A DNA stretch of 64,000 nt from Gemmatimonadales bacterium (GTDB taxonomy: Bacteria > Gemmatimonadota > Gemmatimonadetes > Gemmatimonadales > GWC2-71-9), in assembly GCA_039794085.1 (NCBI GenBank), contig JBDIWC010000010.1, positions 1 through 64,000 on the forward strand, in the 5' to 3' direction. The position numbers were made by a program, and so were the translations under genes. This document shows, in pieces, positions 1 to 9,253 of this stretch. The notes under the pieces are model-generated. The model had not been told where the DNA came from, did not search any database, and saw only the letters and a list, made by a program, of their open reading frames with translations. Position 1 is the stretch's first letter. Every line of letters begins with the position of its first letter.

Positions 1-662
1 TGTTGCCCGATTCCGATCATCCCGACCTTCCCCCCAGGGATGGTGACCGGAAGCCGTTGACCGAGGAGCCACCGGTCACCGACCCCGACGGGGAGCGAAA
101 GCCGGAGACGGAAGCACCGGAACCCCCGAGGCGGTCCCGCCGGATCGAAACCGCGTCCGAGGCGTTGCGGCGCCTGCAAGGGTCGATGCTTCTGGCCCTG
201 GCCCCTCCTCCCTCCTCCGGCACGAACGGGTCCGAATCGGCCAACACGCTGGAAGGAGATGACCTCGAGAGCAGCATGGGGGCTCCACGGCTCGGTCCCT
301 CCCCCTTCGATGCCCGCCGGTGGCGACCGTCCAATCCGACGGCCACCGGGCAGTGCCCGGAGATCCCCGACCTGGGCCAGGGAGAGGATGGCAAGCCGCT
401 GCTCGCCAAGGTCCGAGGACGCATCCTCACCCAGGACCGCCGGGGGCCCCTGGTGGGAGCCCACCTCCAGGTGGTCGGCACCACCTTCGTCACCTGGACC
501 ACCGGGACCGGGGAATACGAGCTGCAGTTCGATCCGAAGAGTCTCGAAAAATGCCGCACCCAGTACGTGCGGGTCACCGCCCCCGGGTACAAGACCGAGC
601 TGCTGGTCCTGTCCATTGGGCCGCGGGTCCGCTCCGACGATGTGGTGATGCGCAAGCGCTGA
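1..662 (+). CDS. 5'-partial hypothetical protein: Pro/acidic low-complexity region plus C-terminal carboxypeptidase-regulatory-like (beta-sandwich) domain
   Basis: ORF open from the window edge to TGA 660-662; C-terminus 'VRGRILTQDRRGPLVGAHLQVVGT...TTGTGEYEL...VRVTAPGY' resembles a CarboxypepD_reg-type domain. Confidence 0.6.
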   Translation, partial: LPDSDHPDLPPRDGDRKPLTEEPPVTDPDGERKPETEAPEPPRRSRRIETASEALRRLQGSMLLALAPPPSSGTNGSESANTLEGDDLESSMGAPRLGPSPFDARRWRPSNPTATGQCPEIPDLGQGEDGKPLLAKVRGRILTQDRRGPLVGAHLQVVGTTFVTWTTGTGEYELQFDPKSLEKCRTQYVRVTAPGYKTELLVLSIGPRVRSDDVVMRKR

Positions 663-735
663 TTTCGTCCGGGGGGCCCTCCTCGGTCCGGGCCGGGGCG
701 GCTACATTGCGGATGGTCCATTCCCGGAGCGCGCC

Positions 736-1863
736 ATGACCCAATCAGACACCCTGTCTCCCCGGACGGCGGTCCACGACGCCTTCCCGATCAACGGGAC
801 CGACTTCGTCGAATTCTGGGTGGGGAATGCCCGGCAGAGCGCGCTCTTTTACCAGCACTGCATGGGATTCCGCCTGGTGGGGTACCGGGGGCCGGAAACC
901 GGGTGCCGGGACCGCGTCACCTACGTGCTGGCCCAGGATCGGATCCGCCTGCTCCTCACGTCCGCGCTCGGGCCGAACCACGAGGTGGCCCGTCATGTGC
1001 TCGTGCATGGAGACGGGGTGAGGGACATCGCCCTCTGGGTGGACGATGCCCGCGCGGCCCATGCCACCGCCGTGGAGCGAGGGGCGGTCTCGGTGCGGGA
1101 ACCGCAGGTGCTGGAGGATGACCATGGCACCGCGGTGGTGGCGGGGATCCAGACCTACGGGGAGACGATCCACAGTCTGGTCGAACGGCGCGATTACCGG
1201 GGTGCCTTTCTCCCGGGGTTCGTGCCTCGGTCCAGCACGGTGGAGGTTCCTCCCGCCGGGCTCCACTATGTCGACCATTGTGTCGGGAACGTCGAGCTCG
1301 GCGCCATGAACCGCTGGGTGGCCTTCTATCGCGACGTGCTCGGCTTCAGCCAGTTGATCTCCTTCGACGACAAGGACATCACCACCGAGTATTCGGCCCT
1401 CATGTCGAAGGTCATGGCCAACGGAAACGGCCGCATCAAGTTCCCGATCAATGAACCGGCCAGCGGACGTCGCAAGAGCCAGATCGAGGAGTATCTCGAC
1501 TTCTACGGCGGCCCCGGCGTCCAGCACCTCGCCCTCGCCACCGACGACATCATCCATACCGTCACCACCCTGCGCGATCGCGGCATCGAGTTCCTCCAGG
1601 TGCCGGCGACCTACTATGACACTGTGCTCGACCGGGTTGGCCACATCGACGAAGATCTGAATCCCCTCCGGGATCTCGGCATCTTGGTGGACCGGGATGA
1701 CGAGGGGTACCTCCTGCAGATCTTCAGCAAGCCGGTCCAGGATCGACCCACCCTCTTCTTCGAGATCATCCAGCGCAAGGGGGCCAAAAGCTTCGGCAAG
1801 GGCAACTTTCAGGCGCTCTTCGAGGCGATCGAACGCGAACAGGCCCTCCGCGGCAATCTCTGA
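736..1863 (+). CDS. hppD: 4-hydroxyphenylpyruvate dioxygenase
   Basis: Motifs DHCVGNV, SQIEEYL, GPGVQHLAL, GYLLQIFSKP, FFEIIQR, FGKGNFQALFEAIEREQALRGNL. Confidence 0.97.
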   Translation: MTQSDTLSPRTAVHDAFPINGTDFVEFWVGNARQSALFYQHCMGFRLVGYRGPETGCRDRVTYVLAQDRIRLLLTSALGPNHEVARHVLVHGDGVRDIALWVDDARAAHATAVERGAVSVREPQVLEDDHGTAVVAGIQTYGETIHSLVERRDYRGAFLPGFVPRSSTVEVPPAGLHYVDHCVGNVELGAMNRWVAFYRDVLGFSQLISFDDKDITTEYSALMSKVMANGNGRIKFPINEPASGRRKSQIEEYLDFYGGPGVQHLALATDDIIHTVTTLRDRGIEFLQVPATYYDTVLDRVGHIDEDLNPLRDLGILVDRDDEGYLLQIFSKPVQDRPTLFFEIIQRKGAKSFGKGNFQALFEAIEREQALRGNL

Positions 1864-1878
1864 CCCGACGGAACACCG

Positions 1879-3063
1879 ATGCCACTCTACCACACCCTGG
1901 GCCAGATTCCCCGGAAGCGCCACGTCATCTTCCGCAAGCCCGACGGGGGGCTCCACGCCGAGGAACTGGTGGGCAACAAGGGGTTCACCGGCCCCGCGTC
2001 ACTGCTCTACCACCTTCATCCTCCCACCACGGTCCTTCGCGTCGAACGCAAGCGGGAGATTCGCTGGGAGGCCGACCCGAACCCCGCGCTCCGGCACCGG
2101 CACTTCCGGACCACCCGCCTGCCCGAGGGGGGGAGCCCCACGCTCGACCGGACGCCGCTTCTCTTCAACGGCGATGTGGCCCTGCTCGCGGCTCGTCCCG
2201 ACCGGGAGGACACCCACTTCTATCGCAATGCCCAGGGAGACGAGGTCGTCTACGTGAGCGCCGGACGCGGTGTGCTCGAGTCCCAGTTCGGCGACCTTCC
2301 CTACCGGCAGGGAGACTATCTCGTTGTCCACCGCGGTATTCTGCATCGGTATCGCATGAATCCCGAACCCCATCAGCTCCTGGTCATCGAGAGCCGCGGG
2401 CACGTCCGGACGCCGTCGCGCTACCGGAACGACTTCGGACAGATGGTGGAGGGAGCACCCTTCTCCGAGCGGGATATCCGCCGCCCGGCGGAGTTGCGCA
2501 CCGTCGACGAAAAGGGTGAATTCCCGATCCTGGTGAAGCAGTACGACGGCCTCACCGAGGTGGTGCTGGATCATCACCCCTTCGACGTGGTCGGGTGGGA
2601 TGGTTACTACTACCCGTGGGCCTTCAATATTCACGACTTCGAACCGATCGTGGGCCGGATCCATCAGCCTCCCCCCGTGCATCAGACCTTTCAGGGAGAC
2701 GGGTTCGTCATCTGCTCCTTCTGCCCGCGCCCCTTCGACTTCGATCCCGAGGCCGTCCCCGCACCCTACAACCACAGCAACGTGGACAGCGACGAGGTGC
2801 TCTACTACGCGAGCGCCGAGTTCATGAGCCGGAAAGGGATCGAGTTCGGGAGCGTGACGCTCCATCCCGATGGCATCCCCCACGGACCACACCCCGGTCG
2901 CGCCGAGGCGAGCATCGGCGCGGCCCGCACCGACGAGCTGGCGGTGATGATGGACAGTTTCCGTCCCCTGCACGTGGCCCGCGCGGCGCTCGGCATCGAG
3001 GACGACACCTACCACCGCTCCTGGATCGAGGATGGTCCCGGATTCATTCCCCCCACCTCCTGA
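1879..3063 (+). CDS. hmgA: Homogentisate 1,2-dioxygenase
   Basis: HHPFDVVGWDG, HQPPPVHQTF, PYNHSNVDSDEVLYY, TLHPDGIPHGPHP, DELAVMMDSF; directly after hppD. Confidence 0.93.
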   Translation: MPLYHTLGQIPRKRHVIFRKPDGGLHAEELVGNKGFTGPASLLYHLHPPTTVLRVERKREIRWEADPNPALRHRHFRTTRLPEGGSPTLDRTPLLFNGDVALLAARPDREDTHFYRNAQGDEVVYVSAGRGVLESQFGDLPYRQGDYLVVHRGILHRYRMNPEPHQLLVIESRGHVRTPSRYRNDFGQMVEGAPFSERDIRRPAELRTVDEKGEFPILVKQYDGLTEVVLDHHPFDVVGWDGYYYPWAFNIHDFEPIVGRIHQPPPVHQTFQGDGFVICSFCPRPFDFDPEAVPAPYNHSNVDSDEVLYYASAEFMSRKGIEFGSVTLHPDGIPHGPHPGRAEASIGAARTDELAVMMDSFRPLHVARAALGIEDDTYHRSWIEDGPGFIPPTS

Positions 3064-3100
3064 CTCCGCAGTGTCATTCACTCCTTGCCCGGGGATTCCC

Positions 3101-5110
3101 GTGAACCTGTCTCGCGCCGCTCTCGTCCTACTCCTTCTGCCTGCGGGCCCCCTCGCGGCCCAGACCCGGACCATCGCCCGGTTGGAGGTTGTGCCCGGGC
3201 CCCTGATCACGATGCCCGCGCAGGACACGCTCCGGCTCCGGGCCGTGGCCTATGACGAAGGCGGACGACCGATCCCTGAGGCCACCATCGCCTTCGTCTC
3301 GGATGGGGGCCGGTTCGAGGGTGAGGTCGAGCCCGATGGCCTGGTCCGTTCCGGGTCGACCGGGTCCTTCATCGTGTCGGTGGTGGCGCGGGTGACGGGA
3401 GCGCGGCCAAAGGTGGAACGGGTGGAGGTGCGGATGGTGCCGGGGCCCGCGACCCGGGTGGAACTCACGCCGACGCCCGCGGTGCTCCTGGCCGGGGAGC
3501 AGATCCGGCTCAGCGGACGTTCCTGGTCCGCGGCGGGAGACGAACGCGAGGACCGGCTCTCCTGGGCGTCCTCCAACCCGGCCGCCGCCCGGGTGCGGGA
3601 TGACGGTCTCCTCACCGGAGTGGCGGCGGGCTCGGCGACGATCACGGCCACGGCCGGCGCCGCCACCGCGTCGTTCACCGTGCGGGTCGTTCCGAACACC
3701 GTGGCCACGGTGGAGATCACCCCCGGAACCACCGAGGCCCGGACCGGGGACGTCGTTCCCTTCCGTGCCGTGGCCCGCACCGCGGCCGGCGCGGTCATCC
3801 CGGACGTTACGCCGCAGTGGTCCTTCTCTCCGGGGCAGGGGATCCTCGCCGCCGACGGACGCTTCGTCGGCTACGAGGCCAGGGAGTACACCGTCACCGC
3901 CACCATCGGCGGACGCTCGGCCGTGGCCACGGTGCGCCTCGTGCCCCGGGATGTCCGGCGCCCCGCCACCGTGGTGGGGCGGCTCCCGCGCACCCGGTTC
4001 AGCACCGAGGAGGTGTGGCTCCACCCCGACGGGAAGCACGCCTATCTCGGATCGGGCCGCGGGGGCGACGTGATGTATGCCCTCGACATCAGCGACCCCG
4101 CCACCCCGGTCGTGACCGACTCGATCGTGGCCAACACCCGGCGCGTGAACGACGTGATGACGACACCCGACGGGAAGTTCCTGGTCTTCACCCGGGAGGG
4201 CGCCGCCGACCGGAAGAACGGGATCGTGATCGCCTCGGCCGAGGATCCGGCGCACCCGACACCGATCGCCGAGTTCACCGACGGGGTCACGTCGGGGGTG
4301 CATTCCGCGTTTGTCTACCACCAGGAAAAGTTCGGCACCCACGTCTACCTGACCAATGACGGAACCGGGGCCTTCCACATCGTGGACATCTCGAATCCCT
4401 ACCAGCCGCGGGAGGTGGGCCGCTGGCAGACCGACCGCCCCGATGCCGGCCGCTCGCTGCACGATGTGGATGTGCAGGAGGGACTCGCCTACCTGAGCTA
4501 CTGGAACGACGGACTCGTCATCCTCGACGTCGGGAACGGCATCCGGGGCGGGAGTCCCTCGAACCCGCAGTTTGTCTCCCAGTTCAAGTATGACTTGAAC
4601 GCGCTGTATCGGGACGTGGAAGCCGCGGGCGGGCCGGGGTTCATCCGGGGCACCCACACCGCGTGGCGCGCGGGCCGGTACGTCTTCATCGCCGATGAGG
4701 TCTTCCCGGCGAGCGGGGTCACGGGGGCCAAGGACGCGGCGGCGGGCCGCGCCTACGGCCGCCTGCAAGTGGTGGACGTGAGCGACCTCACGAACCCCAG
4801 GTCGGTGGCATGGTACGAACCGGAGTTTGGCGGGGTGCACAACGTGTGGGTGGCCGGCGACACCCTCTACATGGGGGCGTACAACGCGGGCTTCCGCGCC
4901 TTCGACATCTCCGGCGACCTCCTCGGCGACCTGCGCGCCCAGGGCCGGGAGATGGTGCATGTGAACACGGCGGACATGCAGGGGAACGTGGCCAACAGCG
5001 CCATGACCTGGGGCGTGGTGGTGCGGGATGGCCTGGCCTACGTGAACGACATGAACAACGGCCTCTGGATCATCCGGATGGAACCCCGGAGGCGGGAATT
5101 GACGCCGTGA
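3101..5110 (+). CDS. Secreted protein with Ig-like (Big_2-type) domains and an LVIVD-repeat beta-propeller
   Basis: GTG 3101 followed by a signal peptide (LVLLLLPAGPLAAQ); WASSNPAAARV Ig motif; repeated LDISDP / VDISNP / VVDVSD motifs. Confidence 0.8.
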   Translation: MNLSRAALVLLLLPAGPLAAQTRTIARLEVVPGPLITMPAQDTLRLRAVAYDEGGRPIPEATIAFVSDGGRFEGEVEPDGLVRSGSTGSFIVSVVARVTGARPKVERVEVRMVPGPATRVELTPTPAVLLAGEQIRLSGRSWSAAGDEREDRLSWASSNPAAARVRDDGLLTGVAAGSATITATAGAATASFTVRVVPNTVATVEITPGTTEARTGDVVPFRAVARTAAGAVIPDVTPQWSFSPGQGILAADGRFVGYEAREYTVTATIGGRSAVATVRLVPRDVRRPATVVGRLPRTRFSTEEVWLHPDGKHAYLGSGRGGDVMYALDISDPATPVVTDSIVANTRRVNDVMTTPDGKFLVFTREGAADRKNGIVIASAEDPAHPTPIAEFTDGVTSGVHSAFVYHQEKFGTHVYLTNDGTGAFHIVDISNPYQPREVGRWQTDRPDAGRSLHDVDVQEGLAYLSYWNDGLVILDVGNGIRGGSPSNPQFVSQFKYDLNALYRDVEAAGGPGFIRGTHTAWRAGRYVFIADEVFPASGVTGAKDAAAGRAYGRLQVVDVSDLTNPRSVAWYEPEFGGVHNVWVAGDTLYMGAYNAGFRAFDISGDLLGDLRAQGREMVHVNTADMQGNVANSAMTWGVVVRDGLAYVNDMNNGLWIIRMEPRRRELTP

Positions 5111-5114
5111 GGGA

Positions 5115-5184
5115 AGGACGTAGGACATAGGACGTAGGACATAGGACATAGGACGTAGGACGTAGGACATAGGACATAGGACGT
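5115..5184. repeat. Tandem array of 10 x 7-bp AGGACRT
   Basis: Ten consecutive AGGACGT/AGGACAT units read directly, starting 4 nt after the stop of the upstream gene. Confidence 0.97.
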
Positions 5185-5208
5185 GGAAGGTTAGGATCTG
5201 CGACGATT

Positions 5209-5231
5209 CGTCATCCCGGCGGAAGCCGGGA
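5209..5231. repeat. CGTC-tagged REP-like palindrome
   Basis: CGTCA-TCCCGGC-GGAA-GCCGGGA: CGTC tag followed by a perfect 7-bp stem. Confidence 0.7.
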
Positions 5232-5650
5232 GGTGGATTCACATTCGAAGTGCAACAGGAGACTCAAGAAGACCTCGGCGGGGGTGCGGAAGTCAAGGCA
5301 TTTGCGCGGCGTGTGATTGTAGGCCTGGGCCACGGCGTGGAGCACCGGGTCGGGCAGCGTGGCGAGATCGGTCTTGCGGGGGAGCCGGGGCCGGACCCGG
5401 CCGATGGCGTTTTCGATGCCTCCCTTCTGCCCCGGGGAGTGGGGGTCGCAGAAGTAGGTCTGGACGCCCAGCGCGTGGAGGTCGGTGTGGTGAGCGAACT
5501 CGGTGCCATTGTCGAAGGTGATGCTCTGCCGTAGGGCGGGCGGGAGTGGTCCGAAGAGGGCCTCCAAGGCGGTGACGACCGGAGCGGCTCTCTTGTTGGG
5601 CTGGCGGGTGAGCAGCAGGAGGCGCGAGGTCCGTTCGGGGGCCGCCGAGA
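5211..5650 (-). pseudogene. IS30-family transposase, C-terminal remnant with one terminal inverted repeat (~5234-5257)
   Basis: ERTSR...SITFDNGTEFA...YFCDPHSPGQKGGIENAIG...YNHTPRKCLDFRTPAE...LHFECES; IR-like GGATTCACATTCGAAGTGCAACA; N-terminal HTH and first catalytic Asp not seen; left boundary approximate. Confidence 0.88.
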
Positions 5651-5724
5651 GGGGATTCGGCGCGTGGCCACGGCGGGGGGCCGGGCGGCGATTGGCACTT
5701 CCCAAGTCCCGTCCTCCAACACAC

Positions 5725-5753
5725 TTGCCCGGTTCGGGGCATGAAAGTACCTT
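5725..5753 (+). promoter_or_regulatory. Putative sigma70 promoter for the HTH-EIIA/Ehr operon
   Basis: TTGCCC-N17-TACCTT in a locally AT-richer patch upstream of GTG 5782. Confidence 0.45.
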
Positions 5754-5781
5754 TTTTGGGAAAGGACTCTCCTGGCCCCAC

Positions 5782-6477
5782 GTGACCTCACTCTCCGTCA
5801 AGCAACTTTCCGAGCAGCTTCAGGTCTCCGAGCGAACCATTTGTCGGATGGTCAACCGCGGGGATCTGCCGGGGCGGAAGGTCGGCGGCCAATGGAGGTT
5901 CTGGAAGTCCGAGGTTGACTATTGGCTGGACCTGCGGATGGCGCGCCTCGCGTTACCCGATCTGCGGGAGATGAATCTCCAGCTTCATGATGGTGCCGGG
6001 CCCCTCGGGAGTGTGCTGACCGAAGCCAACGCCTTGATCGACCTCTCCCCGGGAAGTCGGCATGATGTCATCCACGCCCTCGTCGGCGCGGTGGCTCTCC
6101 CGGACTGGGTCGACCGGGCGATTCTTGCCGACAGGATTTGCGAACGGGAAGAGGCCCACCCCACGGGCACGGTCGAGGGCATCGCCTTTCTCCACACCGC
6201 TCGCTGGCAGCCCCGGATATTGACCGGTGTGGATCTGGTCGCCGTGGGCCGCCTTGCGGAACCCATCGACTTTGGTGCGGCCGACGGCGCCTCCACGGAT
6301 CTCTTCCTCCTGTTGCTGGCCGGCGATGACCGCCGACACCTTGCGATGCTCGCCGGGGCGGCCCGGCTGAGCCGGTTCCCGGGGTTCCTGCGGGACCTTC
6401 GGGCGGCGCGAACCGGGGCGGAAGTCCAGGGGATTGTGCGCCGTGCCGAGGCCACCATGTTCCGTGAAACCCCATGA
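5782..6477 (+). CDS. Excisionase-type HTH fused to a PTS EIIA (Ntr/Fru-type) domain, copy 1
   Basis: N-terminus SVKQLSEQLQVSERTICRMVNRGDLPGRKVGGQWRF; EIIA motifs REEAHPTG, GIAFLH, PIDFGAADG, HLAMLA. Confidence 0.85.
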   Translation: MTSLSVKQLSEQLQVSERTICRMVNRGDLPGRKVGGQWRFWKSEVDYWLDLRMARLALPDLREMNLQLHDGAGPLGSVLTEANALIDLSPGSRHDVIHALVGAVALPDWVDRAILADRICEREEAHPTGTVEGIAFLHTARWQPRILTGVDLVAVGRLAEPIDFGAADGASTDLFLLLLAGDDRRHLAMLAGAARLSRFPGFLRDLRAARTGAEVQGIVRRAEATMFRETP

Positions 6478-6490
6478 CGCTCCGGTCCTC

Positions 6491-7192
6491 ATGCAGCTGA
6501 CCGTGCGCCAGGCGGCCTCCTATTTCGGGGTCGATGAGGCCGTCGTGCGGCAGTGGATCGCCAGTCGCGGTCTCCCGGTCCACCTGGTCAATGAGCGGTT
6601 GCACCTCAACGCGATCGAGGTGTGGGAATGGGCCAGTGAGCAGGGGATTCAGGTGTCCCGGACGCTGCTGAACGATGCCCGCAAGGAGCCCATCACGGTG
6701 CCCCCGATGGGGGAACTCCTGGAAACGGGTGGGATCCATCGGGACGTGGAAGGGGAGGACAAGGATGCGGTGTTGGCCTCCATCGTCCATCACCTTCCGC
6801 TTCCTCCCGAGGTGAATCGGGACCACCTTCTCACGGTGCTCGAGAGCCGGGAGGCGATGGGATCGACCGGGATCGGGAACGGGATTGCGATTCCCCACGT
6901 TCGCAACCCCATCCTCCTCCACGTCGACCGGCCCCTCGTGGCGCTCTTCCTGTTGCGGCGGCCGGTGGATTTCGACTCCATCGACCGCCAACCGGTGCAT
7001 TCGATCTTTCTGGTGGTGAGCCAGAACATCCCCGCGCACCTGCGCATTCTGGCGCAACTCGGTTTTCTGCTGCGGGACCAGGGGTTGCGGGATCTGCTCG
7101 CTGCCCGGGCTTCCGACGACCTCATCCTGACCCGGATCGCCCGGCTGGAGGGGACCACGACGGGGCAGTTTTCCATCCCTCCGTCCCCATGA
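6491..7192 (+). CDS. Excisionase-type HTH fused to a PTS EIIA domain, copy 2
   Basis: MQLTVRQAASYFGVDEAVVRQWI HTH; REAMGSTGIGNGIAIPHVR, PVDFDSID, HLRILAQL. Confidence 0.9.
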   Translation: MQLTVRQAASYFGVDEAVVRQWIASRGLPVHLVNERLHLNAIEVWEWASEQGIQVSRTLLNDARKEPITVPPMGELLETGGIHRDVEGEDKDAVLASIVHHLPLPPEVNRDHLLTVLESREAMGSTGIGNGIAIPHVRNPILLHVDRPLVALFLLRRPVDFDSIDRQPVHSIFLVVSQNIPAHLRILAQLGFLLRDQGLRDLLAARASDDLILTRIARLEGTTTGQFSIPPSP

Positions 7193-7265
7193 ACCCTGTC
7201 CGAATCGGCCGCACGGCTGTGCCCTCCGTTCCCGGGCGCGCGGGGTGTCGGGGAGGGGGGCGCCG

Positions 7266-9253
7266 ATGGTCCTGATCGGGACCGCGATTCTCCTCATTCT
7301 GGGGGGCGCCGCGAGTGTGGTCGTGCTCCGTCGGTGGCCCCGAGTTGCCGAGGTCGCGTTCCGGATGTTCGTGGTGGCCGGCAGCGCCCTGCTGGCCGTC
7401 GCGGCGGTGCTGGTGCTTCGTGGGGCGGAGTGGGAGCCGGTGAGCTGGATGTCCTCCTTGCCGGGGGGGCGTTGGGTGGCCGGGATCGATCTTGTCTCCG
7501 CCTGGTTTCTGCTTCTGTTGAGTCTGGTGGCGATGGCCACCACGATGTATGGGGTCACCTATCTGGCGCCGGAGCGGGGGCACCGTGGGGTGACCTCGGT
7601 CCATGCCACCTTCGCGGTGTTCGTGGCCGCGATGGTGGGGGTCCTGGTGGCCCGGTCCGCCGTGCTGTTCCTGTTCGCCTGGGAACTGATGGCGCTCGGC
7701 GCCTACCTTCTCATGGTCTTCGAGCATGAGGACGAGGAGGTCCGCCGCGCGGGGTTGTTGTATCTGGTCCTGACCCATGTCGGAACGGCCGCGCTCCTTG
7801 TCATGTTCCTCCTCTGGGGGCGGTCCAGCCCGGACCTGACCTTCGCGAATCTCGCCGCAGTCGCCCCGCACCTCCCCGCCGGGGGGGGGGGGCGGCGATC
7901 CTGTTGCTGGCCCTCTTCGGGTTCGGGGCCAAGGCCGGCATGTTTCCCGTTCACTTCTGGTTGCCCGGGGCGCACGCGGCCGCCCCCTCGCATGTGTCCG
8001 CCCTGCTGTCCGGGGTGATGATCAAGACGGGGATTTATGGGCTGTTGCGGGTGTTGTCCCTGGTCGGATCCCCACCGGCCTGGTGGGGGTGGACCGTCCT
8101 CGGGCTCGGGATCGCCTCCGCGGTCCTCGGTGTTCTCTGGGCCCTCGCCCAACATGACCTCAAGCGGGTGTTGGCCTACAGCAGCGTCGAGAATATCGGG
8201 ATCATCCTGCTGGGCATCGGGCTGGGTGTCCTCGGCGTGGCCTATGAGGAGCCCGTGGTCGCGATGCTCGGGTTCACCGGTGCCCTGGTGCACAGCCTCA
8301 ATCACGCGCTGTTCAAGAGTCTGCTGTTTCTCGGTGCCGGGGCGGTGGTGCATGCCACCGGGACCCGGCGCATCGATCGACTGGGTGGCCTCGCCCGCGC
8401 CATGCCCTGGACCACCGCCGCGTTCCTTCTCGGGTCGCTCGCCATCGTGGGTCTCCCGCCGCTCAATGGCTTTCTCAGTGAATGGATCACGGTGCAGGGG
8501 GCCTTGACGGCCGCCGGTACCCCGGGGACGATGCGTTTTGCCGGGTTCGCGACCGCCGTCATCGGCTTGGTCGGTGCCCTCGCCCTGGCGTGCTTCGCCC
8601 GGGTGGGCGCGGCCGTCTTCCTGGGGCACCCCCGCTCCCCGGCGGCAACCGTTCGTGAGGATGCGCCGGGCGGAATGCGAGTCGGGCTCGCCGGCCTGGC
8701 CGCGGGATGCCTCGCCCTCGGCCTGTATCCCCCCCTCGCGATGGTCCCCGCGGGCCGGGTTGCGGGGGGCCTGGCCGGGGTGATGGCACCCACGATGACG
8801 ATCGCTCCCGCCCTCGGGGGGCGACCGCTCCAGGTTCTGGCCCTGCTCGGCGGCCTGATCCTGGTGACCGGGCTGGCCATCTGGGTGTTTCGGGCCGCCG
8901 GGGCCACGCGAAGGCCTTCCGGATCGGGCACGACCTGGGGGTGTGGCTATTCCCTCCCCACAACCCGCATGCAGTACACCGCGTCTTCCTTCAGCGCTCC
9001 ACTCTTTACCACGTGCCCCGCTCTGGTGTCACCGGAGCGGCGGGGAGGGGGAGCACAGGGGTTTCAGACCATCCCCCAGGATCGGGTTCTGAGTGGACTC
9101 GCGATCCCCGTCTGGAACCGGGTGCGGACCCTGGCCCTCCGTCTCCGTCCCCTCCAGCAGGGGAACATCACGGCCTATGTCCGCTATATCATCTGGGCGC
9201 TCCTGTTGTTGCTGGGATACCTCGCCCTCACCGGCCGGGCCGGGATGCCATGA
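7266..9253 (+). pseudogene. HyfB/NuoL-MrpA-like proton-translocating subunit (copy 1), frameshifted at a G12 tract (7881-7892); may be a sequencing artefact or phase-variable
   Basis: 5' half (FLFAWELMAL, YLVLTH) and 3' half (KAGMFPVHFWLPGAHAAAPSHVSA, LAYSSVENIG, GLPPLNGFLSEW) lie in different frames; G13 or G10 would join them. Confidence 0.8.

Noticed and set aside
5693..5710. Sigma54 promoter (TGGCAC)
   Set aside because: No TTGC -12 element at the required spacing
5782..7192. Prophage or ICE excisionases
   Set aside because: The HTH domains are fused to EIIA domains and no integrase is present; a regulator is more likely
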